Source: Lama glama (Eukaryota). Taken from it: 64,000 bases of DNA. The first letter of the stretch is position 1. Every line of letters starts with the position of its first letter. Made by a program: the position numbers and the translations under genes. Shown piece by piece: positions 11,919-23,920 of the stretch. The notes under the pieces are model-generated. The model saw only the letters and a program-made list of their open reading frames with translations. It was not told where the DNA came from and searched no databases. The stretch lies in assembly GCA_028534125.1 (NCBI GenBank), contig CM052818.1:10790001-10854000 (forward strand), read 5' to 3'.

Positions 11919-13654
11919 GGTGGTGTGGTATGTGGATGGGAAATAGGAATAGTCCCAGGTGGGAAGGATGGCAGGTTGAATTATTCAGTTGCTTCCACAG
12001 CCAGTCTGTTTCTATCTCAAAAAAAAAAAAAAAAAAACCCAAAAAAACGTTCTTCCGAGTGCTCAGGACTTGACTTTCTCCTGGTATAACAACTCATTCT
12101 GCTAGACTGTTTGGGTCTTTAGAATCTTGAGGTTAAAAGTCTTGCTACTATGTACTAAACAAGTCACCTCATCTCCAGGTCCATTCTTGGGATTGAAATA
12201 GGACGTTTGACACTGTCTTGTTGACTTAACCACTCTGATCCTGAGGACATCAAGAGCCCACCATTGTGAGTAAGCACATTCAAATCAGAATTTTGTCAGC
12301 AATGATTGAATTTTGTTGGGAAAGAGTTTTAGGAAACCCATTCCATCCAGCAAATTTAATTCACTGATCAATGTTCTGTAAGACCCAGCTAAAACATTTC
12401 AGTTCTTTCCATTCTGATCTTCATGTTATTGAAATTATTTTCATCAAAAGCAATTCTTTTTCCGTTTAAGTTTAACAGTGAAGATTTGATTCATTGATCA
12501 GTTTTTTGTCCATAACAAGTTAAATATATTCTAATGGATCTTCTTTTATGAGCATTATTTCTGTTAAGCTCATTTTTCTAAGGTTTGACTTTGCATATTT
12601 CATGAAGGATTGACTTTTATATCAAAATCTGTTGTTTTTTAAAGATTTAGGTGCGCATTTTTGGCTGTTATGTTTTACATTATGCTGATTGTTTTTTCTC
12701 ATGATATTCATTATAATCATATTTTGTATTTATTTATTCATAGCTCATTCATGAAAAAGATATGACTGTATATTTTGAAGTGTTGAGATGGAAAGGGAAG
12801 GAGAATAACTCAGGCCAGGAGGAGACTGGGGGACGGTGACAAAAGACTGGAGAAGCAAAGTGAAAGGCAGTGGGGACAAGAAGAAAAGATGGAAAGGGTA
12901 TTAGAAGAGGAAGAAAACAGGAGAAAAGAAGCAGTAGGTTTGGGGGAGGAAGTCAAAACAATCTTATTTTCAAAACAGAGGAATCGGAACAATTGGACTG
13001 TAACCAGTGAGGTCTGAATAACCTGTACCACTTAAACTTAATTGACTGTGTTAATTGAAACTCTTAAAGTCTGTTGAGTGGAACTTTGTCACTTCAAACA
13101 GTGGTGACCCTTTTGAGCTTTTCTCTTTGCATATCTGCCAGGCTTTCTTGTACCTGGACAGAGTATCTTATTTTCTTACTTTCTCCTTCTCATAGTAACC
13201 GGGTAACCTCCTATTTGTTTCCTGGCCCACGTTGCTAATATTGTGTATAGAGCTATGGGCAGAAATTTGGTCAGTAAAATCATGTTTGGATGAGCTAGTA
13301 GTTAATTTTGAAAAAAATGCAGTGGCGCCTGGAATAGTTGTGCTCTTCTGGAGAGAACACTTTCTGAGGAGGCAGGGGACTTGCTCTCTCCACAGAACTT
13401 CTCCTGAGTCCCTGTTAGGACCCCCACTGAAGCGGACCTGAATGATTTTCAGAATGGTATTAGTAAACCCACCTCAAGGCTACAGAATTAACTGGGGCTG
13501 TCAAGATCACGTGCCAAAGCTGGTGACTAGAAACCGAAGCCTGCTCTTGTTTGGATGAAATACTGTTCCTCTACAACTGCTGCCACCAAGATACTCCCCA
13601 AAACAGTCTCCATACTCTTCTTCATAATCTTATTCCCCTTTGTTACTAAATATT

Positions 13655-13810
13655 TATTTCTGTACTTGCTGGTTTAGTGTTTTCCCCTGAATAGAGACCA
13701 TAAACTCCCCAAAGGAAGGAACCAGGTCTGTTTTGTTCACCACTCTGTGTCTGTGTTTAATGTAATCCCTGGCACATAGTAGGTGCTAAATTCACATTTG
13801 TTAAAACAAA
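13655..13810 (+). mobile_element. L2 3' tail
   Basis: gtctgttttgttcaccactctg...cctggcacatagtaggtgctaaa. Confidence 0.85.
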
Positions 13811-14409
13811 CAAACAAAAAACAGTGAATGGATATCTAAAACAAAGGACAGAACAAAGTGTTTGAACTTGGTGTGAACCAGAGTTACCTTGAAGACTTTT
13901 CTCCTGGCTCCCTTTATGTTGATATGGAAAAGAGAGGGGATAAATGGGGGGAAACATGGAGAAGGGTCCTTTTTACTTATTCCTCTGCTTCCTGTGCCTT
14001 GTCACTGGTTTTCCCACTCTGTCTCCCTGGTAACATTCCATGGCTGCATCCAAAGTTGGCTCTTCTCACTTTCCTGAATAATGGAACTGGCTTGAATAGG
14101 TTCTCAACCCAAGCTCATCCAAGGGAAGCTGGTAGAAGTGAAAAACTCCAGGGTCCAGACTTGCCTCATGAGAACAGACTGAGAAGAAAAAAGACCTTTA
14201 GAGAACTGAGCATAACAACTTTTGACATGAGGAAGGGCAGGTCACATAAAATCAGGAGTTTATCATTATTTGAATCTTGCAATCTTTCACATGTTTGGAG
14301 GACACTGACCCCCCAGAGCACAAAGAATGAAATTGCTTCTAAATGATGGCTCTAATGATAACAAAACCATAAATTGATCCACTTAAGTTTATGGAGCAGA
14401 TATGTAAAA

Positions 14410-14913
14410 GGACTGTCCTTGCCCATCTCTCTGCCCTGATTTTCTCCCTCTCTTCCCTTCATTCTCTATACTCCAGCAACACAACCATCTTTTTGTTCTT
14501 TGGACAAATCAGTCTTGCTCTTGCCTCTGGGCCTTTGTGTATTCTGTTCCCTCTGCCTAGAACTTAAGACTCTTCCTTAAGTTCTTCACGTGACTGGTTT
14601 CTGTCCATCATTCAGTTCTCTGCTTCAATGTCACTTTCTCATCTATCACCACCCTATCTAAACTACTCCCCAACATAAACCTATTTTTGTCTTTTTTCGT
14701 AACAGTTATTATTTCTGTCTGTGATTATCTTATTGCTTTATCCAGTCTTTGATTCATTCATTTTCTGTCTTTCTCCCTACAGTGTAAAGTTTGTAAGAGT
14801 ATAAATGTTGTCTGTTTTGTTTGTTGTGATATTCCTAGTCTCTAGATTATTACCTGGTACATGGGATCCATTTAATGCATTCTTGTCAAATGAGTGAATG
14901 GCTGAATGAATGG
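14410..14913 (+). mobile_element. L2a-like 3' region
   Basis: ctccagcaacac...tgcctctgggcctttg...tgttccctctgcctagaa...tgagtgaatggctgaatgaa. Confidence 0.88.
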
Positions 14914-14949
14914 ATGAGATGAGGAGAATCTGGGAACTTGAGCACATAC

Positions 14950-16330
14950 AAGATTCTATAGTCTTTGAGGGCTACATTAGGGAGTTGGGATTTTATTCTA
15001 GTGCAGTGTTTTAGTCTAGATTCTGTGTTGCCAACAGTGGAATCCACTCATGCTAGTGTAGGCAGAAAAGGAATGTATTAAAAAGATACTACATAGCTCT
15101 TAGTCAGCACTGCCCCTAGGTTGTATGGGACCCAGGCAAATATTTTGTTTCAAGTGATGCATGACAATTAAAAGTGATAAATCTAATCTATGAACACTTA
15201 CCTGTTTAGATGACAATGTAGGACTTGTTGGGTAAATGCAATTTTTTCTGTGATTTTTTTTTAACCACATAAGGGGCTATTGGAATAGGATAATAGCCCA
15301 TCTAATCCAGACAACTGGCTGGTTTAATTAGATGTGTTCATACATTTCCATATTCTGTATAAATAAGATACAGGATATCAAACATATGCTTGATTATGAG
15401 GTCATTCATTATTTTGTATGTTTTATTTTTCTTAGTTCATTTTTGTCGTAATTTTTTGTGGTCACAATGAAAGGTATCTTACAAAACATGGGGATCCCTG
15501 AGACTCAGGGTTTGACACAGAGGTATAAAGGTGGCTAAGTTATAGAAATTTCGAAAGGCCAAGGAGCCAGGCTCTGGAGCTGTATCATCAAGCCCCACAC
15601 CCACCCTCACTGGAGGCTGCTCTAGTGGAAACTCCTTTTCCCCTTGGCACCAGCAGTGCGTGGATCGAAATGCCAGAAGTCCCATCACATTCGCTGTCAG
15701 AGAGTCGGGCACTCTCCCTGCTGTGCTTCTCAGTGGATCAGTTTCTGTGTGGAGCTCTTTCTCATACTGCTCAGGCCCCAAACCACGTCTCTTGACTAGT
15801 ATGTTTTGATGGGTAGAATATTTACTTATCTGAAGATAAATATTCATATATAACCTGATCCAGCCATGGCTAAGAGGAATATAGAATTTTTGAGAAGGTT
15901 GAAAACCTTCTGTCTCCTGACTGCAAGAAAGTCTGGGAATGCAGTCCTTTTTCAGTTCTACCTTTGAGAGGCAGGGCTCTTAATGTGGAAAGTTACCCCG
16001 ACGTAGGGAGGATTTTCAGTGATGTAGCCTCAACTGACTGAGGTTCAGTGAAGCAGCTTATTAGCATTTCAAATAAGAAAGTGGCATGATTTATGTTTAA
16101 ACCGTGAAAACAACCTGGCTTCTGATTATGGGTTGGAAGGTGGCAAGAGTGACAACAGGGGAACTATTGGACCGGACAGTTGTGTAGTTGTGCAGGGGAA
16201 AGCTATGAGATGTGAAGGTAACTTGGACTAGAGTGTGGCAGCCAGGATGGATGGAGAGAGGTAAGCAGATTCTGGTCCAGTCCAAAAGTGCAAATCACTA
16301 TAAATCGATGGGAGAGACTGGAGGAGGTGA
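14950..16330 (-). mobile_element. L2 fragment interrupted by an old MLT1-type LTR (about 15007-16045)
   Basis: L2 antisense ggagttgggattttattctagtgcag resumes at about 16048 (...aacttggactagagtgtggcag). The intervening LTR has MLT1J/K-like gattctgtgttgccaacagtggaatccactcatgctagtgtaggcagaaaaggaatgtatt and ctgcaagaaagtctgggaatg. Confidence 0.6.
15105..15540. mobile_element. MER115/Zaphod-like hAT-Tip100 element nested in the LTR
   Basis: Begins cagcactgcccctagg...ggacccaggcaaatattttg and ends near ggtataaaggtggc. Confidence 0.55.
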
Positions 16331-16916
16331 GCTGCAGGGAAGATCACCTCACTTAACTAAGGTGTTTCTATATTAACAGATAGAGTGCCCCTTTTATTAA
16401 CTTAGCCTTCTACTCCTGATAAGATGTCTGTGAAGATGACAGAGTGCCAGAAGTTATCAGATTAGTCATCTGTTATCACTTGAAATATTCAGTACCAAAA
16501 TGAGGGCATTGCATTCTATTTTTCCAAGTTCCAGTCTGTTTTTCATAATCCTGCTCATGGAGGATAACTGCAGTTTAATTAGATGCAGTGTCTATATTAA
16601 CCTTTTTCTTTTTTTTTAATATTACTCTTTTATTTGCTAAAACTGTAGCATGCATCTGGGTCAAACTGCAAAAGCTCTCTATTTCAGTAGGTTCTTATCT
16701 CCTAAAGAAGGCAAGAGCCTGGAGTCTACAAACTAAAATCTGATGGGAATGTTGCAAATCTGAGTCACCAGGAAGTGCTTTTAAAAGGAATTTCCTGATG
16801 ATTGTAAAACAAATATTATCAACTCTTTTATTACTAATCTGAAGATAAATATACATATATAACCTGATCCAGCCTTGGCTAAGAGGAATATAGAATTTTT
16901 GAGAAGGTCGAAAACC
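15822..16916 (+). repeat. Dispersed direct repeat, 86 bp (15822-15907 and 16831-16916)
   Basis: ttact(t/a)atctgaagataaatat(t/a)catatataacctgatccagcc(a/t)tggctaagaggaatatagaatttttgagaaggt(t/c)gaaaacc; 82/86 identical. Confidence 0.97.
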
Positions 16917-17983
16917 CTCCATAAGGAAGAGGAATTATTTTGGGAGATCCAATAATGAACGATAGAGTGAAAGTGAGTGAGGGGAGAGTTTGAGCAGAAC
17001 ATGAAAAAAAAAAAATTCCTTCAATCAGGGTCGCCTCCGTGGTGAAGGAGCAAACCCTGGAGACTCTCCAAACAGGCTTAGTCATCACACTCACAATGCA
17101 AGACAGCCAAATCCTGACCTGGCTGGTCCCTGGCCCACACAGGGAGGAGGTCCTTTCCCTTCAAGGCTATCTTTGTTCAGTAGCAGTGATTAAGTGAGAA
17201 AATGAATTTCAGAAGAGAGTCAGAGTATTTGCACAAAGCACCCCAAAATACCTTGGTATTGCTCAGACCTCCATTGTTGCTTGACAGCAGAAGTAAAGCG
17301 GAAGGTGGTCAGTGATCAACCTCAGGAAACAAACCCTTTATCATGAGAAAAACCTATTTTGAAGGAAATTATTGCCATTATAGTAATTTATTTAGTATTT
17401 ATTGATATGAGACATAACTTTATTCTAAACAGTGGCTGGCTGACTGGTGGAATGTCTTCGTTAACCATGAAATGGGTATCCCTTATAATATATTAGGAAA
17501 CACATTGAGTGAGGTTCAAAATTTTCCATCCAAAAAAATTCTTTGCCACATTGGGAAGAGAGGGCCACATTTTAAACAGTATGTTTATATTCCATGTCTT
17601 GACTTTTCGTATCTGATACTAGAAAGTTTGCAGCTCTGCATGTTTTGGCTTTTATAGTTAAAGGAAAAACAAAAACTTTGCAAACAAACTGTGTGAATGA
17701 ACCTATTTTCCTTCCTTCTGATTTTTTAATTTAATTTAATTTAATTTTTAGAGAGAAAAAGATGTAAGAGCAGAGGTCCTTTTGTTTTTCATGAAATCTA
17801 GAAGATGGGGAAGAAACAGTGATTGCCAATAATCACCTGTGCACTAAAATTATATGTATTGGTGAGAAAAGAAACAGAAGACCTAGGGAGAGGGGAGATA
17901 TACTGTGTCCATAGGTCATATGCTGTCTCCCCATATTAATCCATAAATCCAATTTAATCACAGTTAAAGTCACAGTGGGTTTA

Positions 17984-18200
17984 TTTTTGCTTACTCACTA
18001 CAAGTTCATGAAGAAATTCTCCTATGTTGTCTTTGAGAAGTTTTACCTTTCACGTTTATACCCATAATACACCTGGAACTGATCTTTGTGTATGGTATGT
18101 TGTAGGAGTCAAGATTTATTTTTTTCCCTTATGGATATCCAAGTGACCCAGTACCAATTACTGAAATGATAATTTCTTCCCAACTGCATTGTAGTAGCAT
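17984..18200 (-). repeat. Inverted copy of 21354-21571
   Basis: The reverse complement aligns to 21354-21571 at about 87% by hand count (one gap). Flanked by GTGGGTTTATTTTT (17975-17988) and GTGGGTTATTTTT (18201-18213). Confidence 0.9.
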
Positions 18201-18382
18201 GTGGGTTATTTTTCTTATAGAAATTGAAATACAGATTCTAAATTTAACATGGACAGAATAAGGTCCTAGAATAACCAAAACGACCTTAGAAAAAAGAACC
18301 AAGATATGGAACTAACACAATCTGATTACAAGACATATCAATAAAGTTATAGTAATTAAAGCAATATGATATTAGTGTAAAT

Positions 18383-18712
18383 CAAGAATAGGAAAACTTT
18401 TATGTAAAGGTCGAATAGTAAATATTTTAGGCTATGTGGGCTGCATTATCTCTGTGACAGCTAGTCAACTGTGCTGTTGCAGCATGAAAACAGTCATATA
18501 CAATACATAAAAGAATGAATATGGTTGTATTTCAATAAACATTTCTTTAAAGATACCAACATTTAAATTGATATGATTTCTACATATCATAAAAACTATT
18601 CTTTTGATTTCTTCCAACCATTTTGAAACATGAAAACCATCCTGAGCTTGAGGCTGTGCACAAACAGGTGTTGTGCCAGACTTGACCTGGTGTCATTGTT
18701 TGCTGACCCCTA
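18383..18712. mobile_element. MER58B nested in old L1
   Basis: aaacttttatgtaaaggtcgaatagtaaatattttaggct...ttccaaccattttgaaacatgaaaaccatcctgagc...tttgctgaccccta. Confidence 0.9.
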
Positions 18713-19519
18713 GGGTAGAGATAGACAAAAAGATAAATGGAACAGAATAGATAGTCAAGAAACAGGCCAACATATATATGGACAACTACTTTTTGACAAA
18801 GGCACACAAGGAATTCTGTGGAAAAGGGTAGTCAGATGGTGGTGTAACATCCATATGCAGAAAAAAAGAACTTTGATTCATACCCCAGAACATATGCAGA
18901 CATTAACTCCAGATAGATAGATAATGTAAAACCTAGAACTATGGAAGTTCCAGAAGAAAATATTTGTTACCCTGGTTTAGAACAGGATTTCTTAGAATAC
19001 CAAAAGCATGTTCCATGAAACAACAAATTGATTAGTTGAACTTTATCAAACAACAACAACACAACAACAAAGAAAAAGACTGCTTCTCTTTGGAGGACCC
19101 TAATTTTAAAACTGAATATCCATCAATAGATGAGTGAGTAAACAATTGTGGTATATCCAAACAATGGATCAATACAAAGAAATGAACTATTGATGCATGC
19201 TGCCACATAGATGAATCTCAAAATAATTATGCTTAATTAAAAGTCCAGACAAAAAGAGTGTATACTATATGATTCCTAAAAATGCAAACTAATCTCTAGT
19301 GTTAGAAATCAAATGAATGGTTTCTGGAGACTTGTGTGTGTATGGGTTGGGGCAGAAGGAAAGGATTATGAAATAGCATGAGGAAACTTGGAAGTGATGG
19401 ATTCATTCATTATCTTGCACATGGAAATGGTTTTTCAGGAGTATGTAGATATCAAAACTTATCAAATAGTATACTTTACATCTCAATAAAAATCTTATCA
19501 TACCTACAGGTAGTCTAAT

Positions 19520-21571
19520 TGTAATTATTGCAATTATTAGACAAAGACATTTTTAAAATCTATGATTAATCAAGAAAATAGATGACGTAATGGAGATTTT
19601 CATTGGAGAAACAGAATATAGAAAAAAAAATACCAAGTAGAAATCTAAAAACTTATGAATACTCTAAAATTAAAAACTCAAGGGTTAGGTTTAACAGATG
19701 ATTAGACAAATCAGAGGAGAGGATTAATTAATGGGAACGTAAGTCACACATTGGCTATTTATTGCATAACAAACAACCACAAAAACATTTTAAATACTCA
19801 TTTGGTTCATTGGTCTGCAGCTCATATAAGGCAACTCTGCTTTAGTTTACAGCGTCTTGGGTGCCCTGCTTCAGGCTGCAGATTTGTGTTTGGCTAGATC
19901 CCTTGAACTCCATGTGCACATATGGATGGGAGAGCAGCTTTAGGCCAAGGAATTTTTAAATTTAGATGAAATGGACAGTTTCCTTGAATGACACAGTTAC
20001 CAAGTTACCCAAACTGACAGAAGAAGAAATTTAAAAATCTGAATCATAGTAGATCTATTATAGAAATTGAATATATAGTTAAAAACAGTCTCACAAAGAT
20101 GCAGGTTCAGATGCCTTCTGGGTGAAGTCTACCAGTTGTTTGAAGAAGAAATAAAACCAATCTTACGTCAATTCTTTGGAAAAATAGAAAAAAAAAATGG
20201 GACATTTCCCAACTCATTCTGAGGACAGTATAAATTTGTAAGAAAATCACAGACCAATTTATCTTTTGGATATTGATGTAAAACTCCTAAAAAAATGTTA
20301 GCAAATTGAATAATATACAAAAAGGAAAATGCATCACAACTAACTTGGGCTTATTTCAAGAAATCAATCAATGCAAGTCACTGCATTAGGGGAGAAATGA
20401 GAAAAATCATGTTTACTTCAATAGATACAGACTTAGCATTAGAACAAATCTAGCAGCCTTTTACGATTGTAAAAGAATGTTTCCATAATCTAGTAAAGAG
20501 TATCTGCAAAACATCTACAGTAATCTTCATACTTAATGGTAAGATACTGCAAGATTTCCTCCTGAGACTGGGAATGAGATAAAAGAGATCTGCTCTCACC
20601 AATTCTGTTCAACTTTGTGCTATGCTAGAGGACCTAGCCAGCGCAACAAGGCAAGAAAGAAATAAAGGGCATGATAATTTGGAAATAAGAAGTAAAACTG
20701 TCATTATTCACAGATAACATGATTTTGCATGTAGAAATCTGAAAGAACTGGAGACAACTTACTAATTCTAATAAGTGAAAGTAGCAGAAATCAATTGAGT
20801 TTTATATGCAATGTAATAAACCTTCACAGTTCATAAAGTTTGAAATGATAAATGTATGTATGGTTACTGTACAAAAATGTTGGAGTCAGATGCCAATAAT
20901 CTCTGAGGTTAAGGTTTTCTTGCATGGTTTTGTGAAAAACCCTTATTTGTCAAGTCTCAAACATATGGTAACAAGCTATTAGAAATTAAAATTTAAAGAA
21001 TTATGCCACTTAACATAGCATCAAATGATCAGTTGTTTAGCAATAATTCTGATGAAAGATTTGCAAGTCTCCTAGGAAGAACACTCTAAAATATTAAGAA
21101 ATTAAATAAAATCTATCATGCTTTTGAATTAGCAGACTCAACATTGTAAGTACATCAGTTCTTCCCAAGTTAACCTATGGATTCAATGCCATTCCAGTAA
21201 AAATCCCAAAAGATTTTTTTAATGGAAATCGACAAACTGATTCTAAAATTTATATGGAAATGCACCTGGAAAGAATAACCAAGAAAATAATGAAGAAGTT
21301 GGAAGATTTATACTATCAGATATTGAAAGTTATTATTCTTATTATAAACACTAGTGCTACTACAATGCAATGGGGAAAATAACTGTCATTTCAATAATTG
21401 GTACTGGGTCACTTGGATATCCATAAGGGAAAAACATGCATTTTGACTTCTACAACATACCATCCACAAAAATCAGTTCCAGTTGTATTACGGATTTAAA
21501 TGTGAAAGGTAAAACTTTGCAAAAATAACATAGGAGAATTTCTTAATGAAATTGTAATGGGTAGGCAAAAA
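19520..21571 (+). mobile_element. Old L1ME-like ORF1/ORF2 fragments, with an MLT1-like piece at about 19748-19940
   Basis: aatttagatgaaatggacagtttccttgaa, aagtaaaactgtcattattcacagataacatgatt (RT region), tgattctaaaatttatatggaaatgca. Confidence 0.85.
20807..20962 (-). repeat. Inverted copy of 23067-23221 inserted in old L1
   Basis: The reverse complement of 20807-20927 matches 23101-23221 at 107/121; the remaining ~35 bp is colinear but more diverged. ATATG occurs on both sides (20804-20808, 20963-20967). Confidence 0.92.
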
Positions 21572-22068
21572 TTAGGAGTATTTTGTGCTCAGCTCCACTC
21601 AACAAGAAACAAGCTCAGGAGTGTGAAACAAGCTGTAAAATGTGCTATTCACCTGACCATCTCACTTCAAGTCCCTGTATCTTGATTTTAAATAGTTGGA
21701 GTCCACTTTTATAGATGTCTCTCTATAACAAATATCTAAGATGTTTGGGGGACTTTATAAAGACATTAAAATGAAAAATTGGGAATACATGTAGAAACCC
21801 TGAACTATATTTGGTTTACTATGTAGGAAATGTAAGAATAAATCCATACAGCAAACTATAAACAATATACAGGGTTATGATATTTATTTCCAAATCTATC
21901 TCCAAGGATTTAATAAAACTGTAGCCAGCTGAAGCTAAGGGCTTTTCTGTCTTTGCCACTGTGGTTTAGATTTCTCCTCTTTTATCACTCAGTTCCTGCT
22001 AATGTTTTATATTCCATGCCAGGCTGGAGGGATTGGTTATGATAATAGCTGCCAGTACAACCATTCTT

Positions 22069-22290
22069 CAGTAGAACGTATGATAGGAACATGGACTTCA
22101 TAGTCAGACGACTTTCTCTGGAATCCCACTGTGGGTGCTTACTAGCTGTCTAAACTTGGGCAGTATATTCCATCTCCCTGAGCCTGTTTCTTCAGTTGAA
22201 GAATAAGATGAGCTATTCATTAGACTGTGTGAGGACTAAGTGAAGATGGTACGTCCAGTCCATAATAGTTGCTCCGAAATGGAAGCTGAT
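22069..22290 (+). mobile_element. MIR
   Basis: cttactagctgtctaaacttgggcagtatattccatctccctgagcctgtttcttca. Confidence 0.85.
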
Positions 22291-23699
22291 CTCCCACTTC
22301 TTCTTAGTAAGAGTCATTGCTGGTTGCTAGAAATTCTTCCTCTCTGAAACAGTAATGACTCAAATTTTGATTTCAAATAGAAGTTTGTATCCACAGCTTT
22401 TGGTTTCTCTCACCTGCTCTAATGTGCCCAGCCCCCGAGGTACAAAGGAGAGGGTTTATGTGATCCAAGGGGTTTTTTTTTTTGTTGTTCATTTTTGTTT
22501 TTACTAGGGACACGTCCTGGATTGGGTCAGAAGTAAAAATGGGTTCTCCATTGTGCAGAAGTGATGAGTCCCATGACACTTTCACACAACTCCCTCATTG
22601 CTGCAGGAGTCCAGGTTTTACTATTTGAAAACATATGGCACAAATTATGCCAGAGGCCAAAGTTACTCACAAGCAGAGTTGTGCCTTTCTTTATAGGACT
22701 TTGTCACAGGTCCTTCTTGTTTTACTTGCAGACACTGGTATGTATTGCAGGGGTTGAAATGTTTCCTTCTTAGCTATTCTGTGGATACCAACTCATGTCT
22801 CTCCCTTGGATGTCCTACTGTTGAGGAATAGAGGATTTTTTTTTTATTTACAAATGTGAAAACCTGCAGCCAGGCATATCTCTTTCACAATGCAGTGAAC
22901 CTTCCAAACCCTTGTCTTAGTCTCTTGGAACCAAACAAATTACATGCCATAGTGTGCTGTATATCATGGCTAGAATGTTTATAACATCCAGCTGAGTGGA
23001 GTTTGGGAATGGGCTTCTCTGGTGAGCTGGAGCAGATTGTGTCTCTGACTGACAGACTGCCATTTTCTTGGGATTTGATGATTTGGGCTCCTTCACCTAT
23101 CCATGCAAAAAAACCTTAACCTCAGAGATCTTTGGCATTTGACCCCAATATTTTTATACAGTAACCATACATACATTTATCACTCAGAGCTTTATGAACA
23201 GTGAAGGTTTATTACACTGCACTCAAACCTCATTTAACCTTTTCTCTTGAAGCAATACTTTAAGACAGAGTTGAGAGGGTTTGTACAACCAAGGCTGGTT
23301 GGTTGACCCGTTTTTGTGCTTCCATTCCTGAGAAGACTTTGGCGTGGATATTTGTGGTCAGTAGATGTTTTGTGTAACCTTGAAGAAATTTACCCTCCTG
23401 TTTGAATGTGTTCTCTTGGGCCCTCTAAGTCCTTGGAAGCTTTTGGGTTGGCAGAAATTTTGAAATAGGAAGACTTCAGAATTTCTTGGTCTTTGCTGGA
23501 AGGGATTGGATCTGTCCCTCATGGACACCATCATCTCTTCCATCTTTGAGCATTTCCCTTTTGCTTTTCCCCTTTTCCAATCCACACATTAGCCATTATA
23601 TAAGGACCACTTCATGCCTGATGACTGTTATTTCTTTGCTTACTATTCTGGCCCATGTAAAACTCCACTCTTTATAAGTTTCTTCCTGCCTGAACCACA

Positions 23700-23920
23700 A
23701 AGTATAGCATTTTAATACCATACCAATACTTATTACCATTACCACTATATTACCATATCATTTTGGATTATTTTCTGATTTTTATTTGTGTAAATAATAC
23801 TTTCCCAACTTGCTTGTAAGATTCCTGAGGACTAGAATTGTATGCTACTCTTCTGAACTCATACAAATCTAACCTCATGCTTAACATGTTTAGGACTACA
23901 ACACAGGTTGAATGAACACA
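23700..23920 (+). mobile_element. L2 3' fragment
   Basis: ttgtaagattcctgaggactagaattgt...gttgaatgaa. Confidence 0.55.

Larger units (their letters stand above)
17920..19492 (+). mobile_element. Old L1 (L1MC/L1MD-like) ORF2 3' part and 3' UTR, interrupted twice
   Basis: tagaaattgaaatacagattctaaattt, atggaacagaatagatagtcaagaaa, gatgaatctcaaaataattatgct, caaaacttatcaaatagtatacttta...ctcaataaa. Confidence 0.85.

Noticed and set aside
13858..14346. 162-aa ORF
   Set aside because: Non-ATG start, no recognisable domain or splice context; consistent with chance.
18200..21354. Genomic inversion bounded by the inverted repeats
   Set aside because: The host L1 is colinear and on the same strand on both sides of the left copy, with a direct target duplication, so it is an insertion.
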